From Octopus vulgaris (Eukaryota), in contig OX597833.1 of NCBI GenBank assembly GCA_951406725.2, positions 60,078,001-60,142,000 of the forward strand: a DNA stretch of 64,000 bases. Reading direction: 5' to 3'. The position numbers were made by a program, and so were the translations under genes. The notes beneath the pieces were generated by a model, which worked only from the letters and a program-made list of their open reading frames with translations, was not told where the DNA came from and made no database searches. Shown in pieces: positions 1 to 12,800 of the stretch. Position 1 is the stretch's first letter, and each line of letters begins with the position of its first letter.

Positions 1-806
1 ACATAATGCTTTATGAGTTCAAAAACGGAAACAGGGCAGCAGAAGCAACCGGAACTCTCCATTCTGTTTACAGGGAAGAGTGCTTGAATGAAAGAAGTTG
101 CAGAAGATGGTTTGCAAAGTTCAAAAGTGGTGGTTTTAGCTTAAAAGACAGAGGCCACGAATAGGATACCCTGTTGAATTTGATGATTAGCTTCTTATGT
201 CAGAGCTTGCAAAGGATTATGTTGTGTCAAATGAAGAATTAGCAAGCAAGTTATTCAAGTAAATGTTCACCACCATCTTCAACAGCTTGGAAAGTTGCCC
301 AAACTCAGAGAATGGGTTTCCCATGATATGACAGTAACCAACTGAAAAATCACAAGCAGACATCTAGTCATCTCTTCACCTCACCATTTTTGGACAGATA
401 ATGAAACTGATAATGAAAAAAATGGATTTTTTATGAAAATATTAAGTAATGCAGGCAATGGCTTAGTTGTGAAACCACAATCCAACGAGGACTTCCATGC
501 AAAAATGGTTCTTCTTTCCATTTGGTGGGATTGTATTGGAGTCATCCACTTTGAACTTGCAAAAATTACTGCTCACACCTATTGCCAACAATTAGAGCAT
601 TTGGATGCTGCTTTGAAGACAAAATGACCAGCTTTGGCAAAATTGTAAGGGAGCAATGTGTCATCATGATAATGCAATGCCCCACACTGCAAAGATTACA
701 TCATAAAAAAATTGAAGAATTTGGCTGGGGAAAAAATCCCTCACCAGCCTTATTCCCCAGACCTCGCTCCTGATCACCATTTGTTTCGACATTTACAGAA
801 CCATTT
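1..806 (+). mobile_element. Decayed Tc1/mariner transposase relic
   Basis: Frame-broken pieces YEFKNG..AAEA, RRWFAKFKSG.FSL.D, K..LSIWWDC.GVIHFEL, YCQQL, PAxFPDLAP/DHHLFR. Confidence 0.8.
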
Positions 807-1062
807 GGTAGATGGAAACTGAAAGAAGCCCGTCTTATATATGTATGTGTGTGTATATATCTTTGTGTGTCTGTGTTTGTCCCCCCCCAACATCGCTTGG
901 CAACCGATGCTGGTGTGTTTACGTCCCCGTCACTTTGTGGTTCGGCAAAAAAGACCGATAGAATAAGTACTGGGCTTAGAAAGAATAAGTCCTGGAGTCG
1001 ATTTGTTCAACTACAGGCGGTGCTCCAGCATGGCCGCAGTCAAATGACTGAAACAAGTAAAA
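807..1062 (+). mobile_element. tRNA-derived SINE family A, 3' part
   Basis: Matches the body and ...aatgactgaaacaagtaaaaga tail of the many full-length copies in the window. Confidence 0.8.
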
Positions 1063-1100
1063 GAATATATACATATGCAGGTATAAAATAGGGTCATAGT

Positions 1101-1410
1101 GAAGGTACATGGCTCAGTGGTTAGAGCATCAGGCTCACAATCATGAGACAGTAAGTTCAATTCCTGGACCAGGCTGTGTGTTGTGTGTTCTTGAGCAAGA
1201 CACTTTATTTCACATTGCTCCAGTTCATTCCTCTGTAGAAATGAGTTGCAGCATCACTGGTGCCAAGCTGTATCAGCCTTTGCTTTGGATAACATCGGTG
1301 GCATGGAGATGCAAGTCGGTTATGCATGAGCAACTGCTGGTCTTCCATGAACAACCTTAGCCAGACTTGTGCCTCGGAGGGGAACTTTCTAGGTGCAATC
1401 CCATGTCATA
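1101..1410 (+). mobile_element. tRNA-headed SINE (distinct family)
   Basis: A box TGGCTCAGTGG, B-box-like AGTTCAATTCC, ttgagcaagacacttt central motif. Confidence 0.6.
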
Positions 1411-2115
1411 CATTTTTTCACGCTGAGAGTTGCTGAAGCATGGAACAAACTGCCGGCATCAGTTGTTAGTTGTCGGAGCACTGCATCCTTCAAAACTTCC
1501 ATGCTTTCTGAGATTCGCCAACACTACACCCGATTGATAAACTCTGAGCACCTTTTCAAACTCCACCCGTCTAACACCCGTGGACATATTTACAAAGTCA
1601 GAAAACAGCACAGCTCCCATGACTTTTGGAAACATTTTTTCACGCTAAGAGTTGCTGAAGCATGGAACAAACTGCCGGCATCAGTTGTTAGTTGTCGGAG
1701 CACTGCATCCTTCAAAACTTCCATGCTTTCTGAGATTCGCCAACACTACACCCGATTGATAAACTCTGAGCACCTTTTCAAACTCCACCCGTCTAACACC
1801 CGTGGACATATTTACAAAGTCAGAAAACAGCACAGCTCCCATGACTTTTGGAAACATTTTTTCACGCTAAGAGTTGCTGAAGCATGGAACAAACTGCCGG
1901 CATCAGTTGTTAGTTGTCGGAGCACTGCATCCTTCAAAACTTCCATGCTTTCTGAGATTCGCCAACACTACACCTGATTTTCTCCCCTCCATACACACAC
2001 AACAAGCATGTATCTGACTCATACACTGTTCACTTCCCAGACATTTGTACATAACTGCATATACTCTGATAAGTTGTGCACCTGAGCACTGTATACAATA
2101 ATTTCATTATTATTA
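1411..2115 (+). mobile_element. CR1-type LINE 3' end, internally tandem-duplicated (222-bp unit)
   Basis: TRGH.YK...HFF..RV...WNKLP.SVV.......FK C-terminal CR1 motif, 3' UTR ending in (TTA)n. Confidence 0.8.
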
Positions 2116-2784
2116 TGATCAAACGGAGTCATTACTCTTCTATAAGTCATGCTAACAATATTTAATGCAAGACAGGCAAAATTAAAAAAATTTTTATTAT
2201 ATAAATGTTGAGAGTTTTTAGAAAAGTATAAAAATTATAAGTAGAGAATCAGAAGTTTCATGAACAATAGCAAAATCATTTAATATACTTTGTTATATAG
2301 TTATTGGATGATTATTTTATTTTACTAATGCAACGGTTTATCTGCTTAATAGTTTTATACGAGTGTGTCTGTGATGGCCAAGAGGTGGGGTAAAATGCTG
2401 GAAGGCAGCTGGGGAAGAGTTAAACATCAATCTCAGTTGATTAAACTAATTTAGATACCTGACAGTTTATATATATTTTTCTTAATATTACAACGATCGA
2501 AGTCAGAGGTGGCTCGCGAGTTTTACAGTTTGGAATGTAAGGGACGTAATTCATACATGTCCTCAATCCTCAGAAGTATGAAGGGAAATAACTATCTCCA
2601 AAGCATTTTCTACATTCTCTTCTTAATAATCCTGCTGATGCATCCTTCAGTGTAACAATTGCTTCTGCTTTTGATACAAGGCCAGGTGACGGGGTTAGTC
2701 AATACCATCGACACCAGCGCTTGGATGAAAGGTAAAGTTGATCTCGGCAGGATTACAATTTCGAATGCAGAGTGATGGAACAAG

Positions 2785-3010
2785 TACTTATTTCTTTACT
2801 GCCCACAAGGGGCTAAACACAGAGAAGACAAACAAGGACAGACAAACGGATTAAGTCGATCATATCGACTCCAATGCGTAACTGGTACTTATTTAATCGA
2901 CCCCGAAAGTATGAAAGGCAAAGTTGACCTCGGTGGAATTTGAACTCAGGACGTAGCGGCAGACGAAATACCGTTCAGCATTTCGCCCGGCGTGCTAACG
3001 TTTCTGCCAG
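2785..3010 (-). mobile_element. SINE family B (other copies near 7452-7680, 21310-21445, 40429-40641, 51215-51620, 60990-61215)
   Basis: Shared ggcgagctggcagaaacgttagc...gttcaaattccgccgaggtcgactttgcctttcatcc...gtgggcaataaagaaata sequence; the 40429 copy has a ~19-bp TSD (agaaaccatagagaca). Confidence 0.75.
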
Positions 3011-4498
3011 TACCACAAGGCTCTTTCTCTGACACTGAGTCTACAAACTCACCTTCCTCTATATAACAGAAATTTGAATGTGAGTGCGTTTTGTGTGTAA
3101 GCATGGGTGAAGTACACATAAATACCTTGCAATCACAAAGAATGTGAGAACTCCAGATAAGATTTTAAAACTTTTTTTTTTTTAAAGTATCAATACCAGG
3201 CATGTGCCATCAGTAATTACTCAGGGTAGGCAGTTGGTGACCTTTATGTAGTAAAACACACAATAAGCAAAACACAGACACATGACTGAGTTGTAGGCAG
3301 ATTTACTTCTGCTTTTATAGCAGGTAAAGAAAACGTTGTAGGAATGTACACAGCACATGTATTAGAGCAGTATTATGCATAGGAGTGGCTGTGTGGTAAG
3401 TAGCTTGTTTACCAACCACATGGTTCCGGGTTCAGTCCCACTGCGTGGCACCTTGGGAAAGTGTCTTCTACTATAGCCTCGGGCCGACCAAAGCCTTGTG
3501 AGTGGATTTTGTAGATGGAAACTGAAAGAAGCCCGTCGTATATATGTATATATATTATATGCGTGTGTGTGTTTGTATGTATGTCTGTGTTTGTCCCCCT
3601 AGTATTGCTTGACAACCGATGCTGGTGTGTTTATGTCCTGTTACCGATAGAATAGCTTAAATAGTGAGATTGAAAAGCAGGGGTGAATTATGCCTACCTA
3701 ATCTACAAAAAAAAAAATTTATTTTGCATTTTATGCATAGTATTCAGAGTAGCCTTCAGGATTTTATTGAATTAGGTGTATATTTTGCCATGAAAGGAAC
3801 TTGTATGTTATCAATCTATTTTATCCAAGCTAGGCGCTGCCTACCTAGATGGCACGTCCCCGATCAAAACTGAAGATATGGAGTTTTCAACAAGTACAAC
3901 TATTTTATGATTAATTATAGAAGGGGACATTGTCATGGCTGGCTACTTTGTTGATGACATTTCCCAGAAGACAAAAACAGATCTGTTCTTTATGGTCTTC
4001 AGCAATGTAACAGCATTCAGAATTCAGTCAACTAAAATTATTCCACTGCTTGGCTGACGTTCATTTAAACCTATGGTTCCCAAACAGGGGTCAATATGCC
4101 CCTTGTGGGTGCATGTAAGATTTTGCTGCTGAAATTTATCTGCAATAACTTGGTTATACTTCTACAATTTACAAAATATTTTTTAAAATTTCTTTATACA
4201 ATTCCCAATAATATTTAATTATAAAAATAATTTTTTCAAAACATCGAATGGCTAGGAGAGTACATTTGAGTAAAATAGGAATCAAAAAGGCTTTTTTTTT
4301 TAAAAATCACCAGTCCACCAACTTACTGTAAATAGCAGCCAAATTCGAAGACAATGTATGACGGAAATACTGGACAATGTAATTCGTTCCTAACTATATT
4401 ATCTCCCACCTGTAGTGATAAGATAATGCAGTACAATTTATGCTGTTGACTAAAATATCAAACAAGCTAATTACTATTAATTAATTGGACTTTGTGCC

Positions 4499-4529
<31 letters not shown>

Positions 4530-4534
<5 letters not shown>

Positions 4535-4915
4535 ATATTAATTAGAGACAAAACCACTATTTTGTAAAACAAACAAGGAAAGACTTAATCAATACATAAA
4601 ATTTTAATAAAAAGTAAAAAACCGCACTACAATTGTTTCATGTCCTCAATGACAATCTTCAGGTGGATTTCCGATTTTCAAATCAGTTTCAATTTATAAT
4701 TGAAGATTGTCATTGAGGACATGAAACAATTGTAGTGGCGGTTTTTTTACTTTTTATTAAAATTTTATGTATTGATTAAGTCTTTCCTTGTTTGTTTTAC
4801 AAAATAGTGGTTTTGTCTCTAATTAATATTATATAATATTTTACTATAAAATTGGATTTAATCCTAAATCTGATTTTTTCCCTGTAAATTTGGATTTATT
4901 CCCTAATATTTATTA
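4530..4915. mobile_element. Penelope-like terminal-repeat fragment arranged as a ~132-bp inverted repeat, containing a hammerhead motif
   Basis: 4530-4661 is the reverse complement of 4701-4835; flanked by (TA)n; related sequence at 36003-36332. Confidence 0.6.
4624..4666 (-). ncRNA. Minimal type I hammerhead ribozyme motif (Penelope-type)
   Basis: CCAC-CUGAAGA-U-UGUC(AUUGAG)GACA-U-GAAA-C(AAUU)G-UA-GUGC, with palindromic stem III ACAAUUGU. Confidence 0.55.
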
Positions 4916-5447
4916 TATGTATATATATGTAATGCTTCATAAGCAGTAATGGAGAAGTTCGTCAGCAATTCCATGTCACCAATTTCAGTTTTCTGATGAT
5001 CACAATTGTTGATTCCAACTGAAATCTGAAATTACAGGCATCAAATGTGCAATGTTAAGTGACTTAATTTCAAGAGAAATCTGTCTTTCGTTGGAACCTT
5101 TAGTATTAGTTGCTTTACACACATAATTTCCGTAATCAATGGAAAGGCTCAAAAGGATTGTTTGCCAGTTATTTTACATTGTTCATCATGATGATAGCCA
5201 CAACATACCAGTGGATACACATTGCATCCTTGCTGCAATCTTCATTCATCATATCACGAGTATTAGAAAACAAAAATATTTCATTTTTAATGTGATTTTT
5301 AGCTTGTAGGGGAGTTATGAGTTAGCAAGGATGACTCACAGTTTAACCAATTCTAACACTACTTCAGGGTATAGATAAGGACACTTTAGGGACACTTGGC
5401 TGTATATACATGTGGAGTAGGAATGGTTGAGGTTATAAAAATAACAA

Positions 5448-5566
5448 TCAATGGTTCATTAGGTGATGCTGAATAAAATAAGAGAAAAGAAAGAAACTGG
5501 ATGTGCCAAGAGGCGATGCTGATGATACCAAGGAACCGGTACGGTCTCTTATAGGTTCACTGGATT
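5448..5566 (-). CDS. Ig gene probable last exon ([39 protein letters not shown]), possible GPI signal
   Basis: Strong acceptor cttttctcttccag in phase 1; Ser-rich linker then short hydrophobic patch; TGA at 5448-5450. Confidence 0.65.
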
Positions 5567-6865
5567 CTGGAAGAGAAAAGTGAACAGATTGAGTGAACAT
5601 CTCAATAGAGCTAAAACATGTGAACATGTTAACTATTTCATTTTAATGGAATCATTATCTGAAGGAAACTAAATGGACAGATTGCTTTGCGTAAAATTAT
5701 CAACCATCGTACAAACAATAACTCTGAGCACCTTTTCAAACTCCACCCATCTAACACCCGTGGACATATTTACAAAGTCAGAAAACAGCACAGTTCCCAT
5801 GACTTTAGGAAACATTTTTTCATGCTGAGAGTTGCTGAAGCATGGAACAAACTGCCGGCATCAGTTGTTAGTTGTCGGAGCACTGCATCCTTCAAAACTT
5901 CCAGGCTTCCTGAGATTCGCCAACACTACACCTGATCTTTCTCCCTCCATACACACACAAGCATGTATCTGACTCATACATTGTTCGCTTTCCAGACATT
6001 TCTACATTACTGCATGTACTTTATATGCACTTTCTGACAAGTTGTGGTGCACCTGAGCACTGTATACAATAATTTCATTATTATTATTAAAATGTTTGAA
6101 TGCCAATATTCCCAGTTAAAATATGTAAATGCATTATATGAACGGAAACATACTTGAGCACATTATGTGAATATATCAACTGATGTAAAAAAAAAAATAT
6201 GAAGACATTTAGTGAACTAAAACTGACTTGTCTCAAGATAACAGCAACTGTGAATAAGAACTCACTTGACCTGTGACAATTCATCCAAGCCAACCAGAAA
6301 TTATGAAAAAAAAAAATATATATATATAGGCGCAGGAGTGGCTGTGTGGTAAGTAGCTTGCTTACGAACCACATGGTTCCGGATTCAGTCCCACTGCGTG
6401 GCAGCTTGGGCAAGTGTCTTCTACTATAGCCTCGGTAGACGGAAACTGAAAGAAGCCCGTCGTGTATGTGTATGTTTGTCTGTGTTTGTCTCCCCAACAT
6501 CGCTTGACAACCGATGCTGGTGTGTTTATGTCCCCGTCACTTAGCGGTTCGGCAAAAGAGACCGATAGAATAAGTACTGGGCTAACAAAGAATAAGTGCC
6601 GGTGTCGAGTTGCTCGATTAAAGGCAGTGCTCTAGCATGGCCGCAGTCAAATGACTGAGACAAGTAAAAGAGAGTAAAGAGTAAATATATATAGGCGTAG
6701 GAGTGGCTGTGTGGTAAGTAGCTTGCTTACGAACCACATGGTTCCGGATTCAGTCCCACTGCGTGGCACCTTGGGCAAGTGTCTTCTACTATAGCCTCGG
6801 GCCGACCAAAGCCTTTGTGAGTGGATTTGGTAAACAGAAACTGAAAGAAGCTCGTCGTATATATG

Positions 6866-6898
<33 letters not shown>

Positions 6899-9800
6899 TT
6901 GTGTGTCTGTGTTTGTCCCCCAACATCGCTTGACAACCGATGCTGGTGTGTTTACGTCCCCGTAACTTAGCGGTTCGGCAAGAGACACTGATAGAATAAG
7001 TACTAGGCTTAATAAGAATATGTCCTGGGGTCGATTTGCTCGACTGAAAGGTGGTGCTCCAGCATGGCCGTAGTCAAATGACTGAAACAAGTAAAATATT
7101 TTTTTTACTTGTTTCAGTCATTCAACTGCAGTCATGCTGGAGCACTGTCTTGAAAGGTTTTCATTGAAAAAATCAACCCCAGGACTTATTCATTAAGCCC
7201 AGTGCTTATTCTATCAGTTTTTTTTGCTGAACCACTAAGTTACAGGGAGCTAAGCACACCAATACCAGTTGTCAAGCAGTGATGGGGGAACAAACATGCG
7301 TACATATTACACACAATGGGTTTCTTTTAGTTTCCATCAACCAAATCCACTTGCAAGGCTTTGGTCAGCCCAAGGCTATAGAAGAAGACACTTGTTCAAG
7401 GTACCACACAGTGGGACTGAACCTAGAACCATGTGGTTGGGAAGCAAACTTATTTCTTTACTGCCCACAAGGGACTACACACAAAGGGGACAAACAAGGA
7501 CAGACAAACGGATTAAGTCGATTATATCGACTCCAGTGCATAACTGGTTCTTATTTAATCGACCCCAAAAGGATGGAAGGCGAAGTCGACCTCGGTGGAA
7601 TTTGAACTCAGAACATAAAGACAGACGAAATATCTCTATGCATTTCGCCCAGCGCGATAACAATTCTGCCAGCTCGCCGCAAGCTTCTTACCACACAGCT
7701 ACACCTGCATCCATATGTATGTATGTCAATAGTTAACATGGTTGAAATATTAATAGGGGAGCTGCACTGGAGTGAGTATGACCAAAGATTGTGGCCAAGA
7801 TGCTAAAGAGTGGAAGGAGTAGTAGAGAGAGAGAGTGCAATGTTAAGTGACTTACTTTCAAGAGAAATCTGTCTTTCGTTGGTACCTTTAGTATTAGTTG
7901 CTTTACACACATAATTTCCGTAATCAACACGTTCTACTCTTTTGATGATCAGCTTACTGGTGACACGGTTGAATGCTCCAGAAATGAACATAATTTTATA
8001 CCTGTCAAATAACAGTTACTGTACACTATCAACATTGAACATTATTTTACAAAGCAATTATTGCAAAGGTTTATAGGTTCCCTATTTGACACTTACTGAG
8101 ACAAACCAGTGTGGATGCATCAGGAGTATTCTTAATAGGGCTGGACATGTGTGGCTGCGATCTCACTTTAGCTGCCTATTTTTCTCAATCACAACATATC
8201 TCCAAAGGTCCCGATCTCCTATCATTGCCTCTGTGAGGCCCAATGTTTGAAGGCCATGCTTCACCACCTCATCCCATGTCTTCCCGAGTCTACCTCTTCC
8301 ACAGGTTCTTTCTACAGTTAGGGTGTGGCACTTCTTCACACAGCTGTCTTCATTCATACGTAACACATGACCACACCAGCCTCTCTTGCACACCAACTTT
8401 TCTCTCGGGGCACTTACACTCTGTTGTGTATGCACACTGACATTACACATCCAGCAAATCATACTAACTTCATTTTTTACAAGCCTACGCATGTCCTCAG
8501 CATTCATGGCCCATATTTCACATGTGACATGGCAATTTGCACACATGCACCATACAGTCTACCTTTCACCTTGAGCAAGAGGCCCTTAGTTGCCAGCAGA
8601 GGTAGGAGCTCCCTGAACTTTGCCCAGGATATTCTTACTCTAGTCACTACACTCTCAGAGCAACTACCCCAACTACAGATTTAGTCACCTAGGTAACGGA
8701 AGCTATTAACTACTTCTAGTTTCTTCCCCTGGCATGTGATGGAATCTGTTTTCTGTACAACTTCAGTGTTTATTTCCCCAGTGCATCTGCCACACAAAAA
8801 CTATTTTCCCACTTAACCTCGCTTTGATATTGCTGCGCCTTTTATGTCTTCATAGCTTACACTGGGTACATCATATGGAGTTTCTACCCACGCCTTTCTA
8901 CAGATCAAGCAGGGCCATCTACCTGAGGCAGGTTGTGATTTGACAGCCTTCCTACTTACTAAGACTTTGGTTTTGGCTAGGTTAATCCTAAGGCCCTTCA
9001 ATTCTAGATATTGCTTCCACACCCTAAACTTCATCTCCAGTTCTGGTAGTGACTCGGCTATTAGAGCAATGTCATCAGCATAGAGGAGCTCCTAGGGGCA
9101 ACCCGTTTTCAATTTCTCTGTTATTGCCTGGAAGACTATAACAACGAATAAGAGGGGGCTGAGGACTGATCCTTGTTGAACCCCTACTTCTACTAGAAAT
9201 TTTTCACTATACTCATTGCCAGCCCTCACCTTACTGACAGTGTACCTGTACAGAGCTTGTACTGCTCTTACTAGCTACCTGCCTATCCCCAGTTTCTACA
9301 TTGACCACCAGATGAGGGATCAGGGGACCCTGTCAAAGGTTTTCTCCAAGTCAACAAACGCCAAGTACAAAGGTTCATTTTTGGCTAGGTATTTCTCCTG
9401 CAACTGCCTTACCAGAAATATAGAACAGTGATGCTTCTCCCTGGCACAAAACCAAACTGCATCTCATCTAAGCTAACTCCCTCCTTAATTAGTTGGGCTA
9501 TAACTCTTTGTAACTTTCATCACCTGATCCAATAATTTGATACCCCTGTAGTTATTTCTATCTAAAGCATCACTTTTCCCCTTGTAGCAGTTGACTATGC
9601 TGCTGCTACACCAGTCATTGGGTATGACTCCTTCATGAACTAGCTGATTTACGATGCGGGTGACAAGACCATAACCCACACTGCCTGATATTTTAAGCAC
9701 CCCGCCAGTGATTCCTGATGGGCCAGGTGCTTTCCCTGTCTTCATATTCTTCATTGCTTTATCTACCTGGCTACTGTTGATTCGGATAGCTGGTCCCTCA

Positions 9801-12800
9801 ATTGGATCAACCTTTGGCAGACTCTCCTCCTCCCATTCATTCTCCACATTCAGCAGTCTTTCATAATGGCTGAATGTGGATCAAACTGACCATTGCCTCT
9901 TATGGAAAATATATCGATTAAACACAGAGCATAAATTACCATCAGTAATACCTAAAAGATAACAGTCTCTCTTTTACTAGTTTCCGTCATTTGACTGCAG
10001 CCATGCTGGAGCACCGCCTTCAGTCGAGCAAATCGACCCCGGGGCTTATTCTTTGTAAGCCCAGTACTTATTCTATCGGTCTCTTTTGCCGAACCGCTAA
10101 GTGACGGGGACCTAAACACACCAGCATCGGTTGTCAAGCAATGCTAGGGGGACAAACACAGACACACAAACATATGCACACACATACATATATACGACAG
10201 GATTCTTTCAGTTTCCATCTACCAAATCCAGTGTGTGCATATGTTTGTCCCCCTAGCATTGCTTGACAACCGATGCTGGTGTGTTTAGGTCCCCGTCACT
10301 TAGCGGTTCGGCAAAAGAGACCGATAGAATAAGTACTGGGCTTACAAAGAATAAGTCCCGGGGTCAATTTGCTCGACTGAAGGCGGTGCTCCAGCATGGC
10401 CGCAGTCAAATGACTGAAGCAAGTAAAAGAGAGAGAAAGAGAAACTGTTATAGAATATGAATTAAACATTAGTAATACATGTCCTTTGCAGGGGCCAGTG
10501 TCACATAAATGCACCCACCACACTGTAAAGTGGTTGGTGTTAAGAAAGGGAATCCAGCTATAGAGATCATGTCACAACAGACAATTAGAGTCTGGACAGC
10601 TGGCCATCTCTGGTCAAACTGTCCAACTCATGCTAGCATGGAAAATGGACATTAAACAATAATAATGAAAAAATACATAGATGCATAGGTCATATTGAAC
10701 ATAAATGAATATTAGTAATAGATAGACATACCGGTCAGAATTTCTGTCTATAGGGGTTCCGATCCTGGTCCAAGTAATTTGTTCTTTGGTAACATCAGGG
10801 AAACCTTCAATTAAGCATACCAATTCTGTTTGATAACCAAGTGCCTGTGCAACACGGGCTGTCTCAGGTTCAATTTGGGGAGGAACTAAAAACAAAATAA
10901 AAAATGAGTGATTATTTTATAATTAAGATAAATGATTAACCTAATTAACTCTAGAAAATTTTTTATTGTAAACATCAGAAATAACCCAATGTGAAGTGGT
11001 TATATGGAAGTAAGGGCTGTCACATGTGCAGATGGGAGTCAGGTTGGGGAGTTGCATGTAAAGGTAGGAGTTGGGCTGGAGAGTTACAGGTGCAAATGAG
11101 AGTCAGACAGGAGAGTTACCTCAGAGCAACACCTGCATGTTTTTTTTTGTTTTTTTTGTTTGTTTGTTCCTTCTCGAGCCAAGCCCGGCTCATAAGGGCC
11201 GGTTTCCCAGTTTCTTGGCGTGTAGGTTTCCCACCTGGACGGGATGCCGGTCCGTCGCAGGTGAGCTGCAAGATGCAGGAGGAAAGAGTCAGCATGAAGT
11301 TCGCCGTTACCTTCTGCCGGAGCCGCGTGGAGCTCAGGTGTTTTCACTCATAAACACACACATCATCCGGTCTGAGATTCGAACCCACGATCCCTCGACC
11401 GCGAGTCCGGTTTCCCGATTTCTTGGCGTGTAGGTTCCCCACCTAGACGGGACGCCGGTCCGTCGCAGGTGAGCTGCAAGATGCAGGAGGAAAGAGTGAG
11501 AGAAAGTTGTGGCGAAAGAGTCAGCATGAAGTTCACCGTTACCTTCTGCCGGAGCCGCGTGGAGCTCAGGTGTTTTCACTCATAAACACACACATCACCC
11601 GGTCTGAGATTCGAACCCATGATCCCTCGACCGCGAGTCCGCTGCTCTAACCACTAGGCCATGTGCCTCCACAACAACTGCATGTAATGTACATCATACT
11701 GGAAGTTATACTGAAAAGTTCCCAACTGTTATTCTAATGGTTACAGACGCATCACAATTCACTCAGTTAAAATGTACTAACTACAGGTTAAGCCATGTCT
11801 TTTCAACATGAACCTGACAGCTCATCAGAAGATGCAATTGGCTAAACACTAAAATGGTCAATAGCTTCATTAGTTGCATAACCAGTAAGTGACATATCTT
11901 ACCGTAACAAAAGTCTATAACGTAAAAACACACAATTCTACTGTAGGAGTAAGTATTCTTTCTTTTACTTGTTGCAGCCATGCTGGAGCACCACCTTCAG
12001 CCGAGCAAATCGACCCCAGGACATTCTTCGTAAGCCTAGTACTTATTCTATCAGTCTCTTTTCCTGAACCGCTAACTTATGGGGACGTAAACACACCAGC
12101 ATCAGTTGTCAAGCCATGTTGGAGGGACAAACACAGATACACAAACATGCACCCAAACACACATACATGGGCTTCTTTAAGTTTCCGTCTGCCAAATCCA
12201 CTCACAAGGCTTTGATCAGCCCGAGGCTATAATAGAAGACACTTGCCCAAGGTGCCACGCAGTGGGACTGAACCTGGAACGATGTGATAGGTAAGCAAGC
12301 TACTTACCACACAAACACACATATATGGGCTTCTTTCAGTTTCCGTCTGCCAAATCCACTCAAAAGGCTTTGATCAGCCCGGGGCTATAGTAGAAGACAC
12401 TTGCCCAAGGTGCCACGCAGTGGGACTGAACCCGGAACCATGTGGTTGGTAAACAAGCTACTTACCACACAAACACACATATGGGCTTCTTTCAGTTTCC
12501 ATCTGCCAAATCCACTCACGAGGCTTTGATCAGCCCGAGGCTATAATAGAAGACACTTGCCCAAGGTGCCACACAGTGGGACTGAACCTGGAATGATGTG
12601 GTTGGTAAGCAAGCTACTTACCACACAGTCACTCCTGCACCTATGAAGTTTTCCTTAAAAAAGTTGAATAAATATATTGAGGTGGAGAAAACTTAGATGC
12701 ATGAGGGAATTTGACACAACCATAAAGCTATACATGCACAAAGAATCCTACCTCTGCTCTTTTGAACTTGATAGTTTCTCCCAATATGCAGGTTTTCCCA

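Noticed and set aside
849-1091. Recurrent short ORFs such as [22 protein letters not shown] and [11 protein letters not shown] as a peptide gene family
   Set aside because: They are incidental translations of SINE family A copies
4985-5035. Hammerhead candidate CTGATGA...GAAA
   Set aside because: No convincing stem II closure or stem I/III pairing around a cleavage triplet
6694-6770. tRNA genes at SINE heads (also 1101, 11600, 41875, 55580)
   Set aside because: A/B boxes are present but continue into SINE bodies and lack a complete cloverleaf
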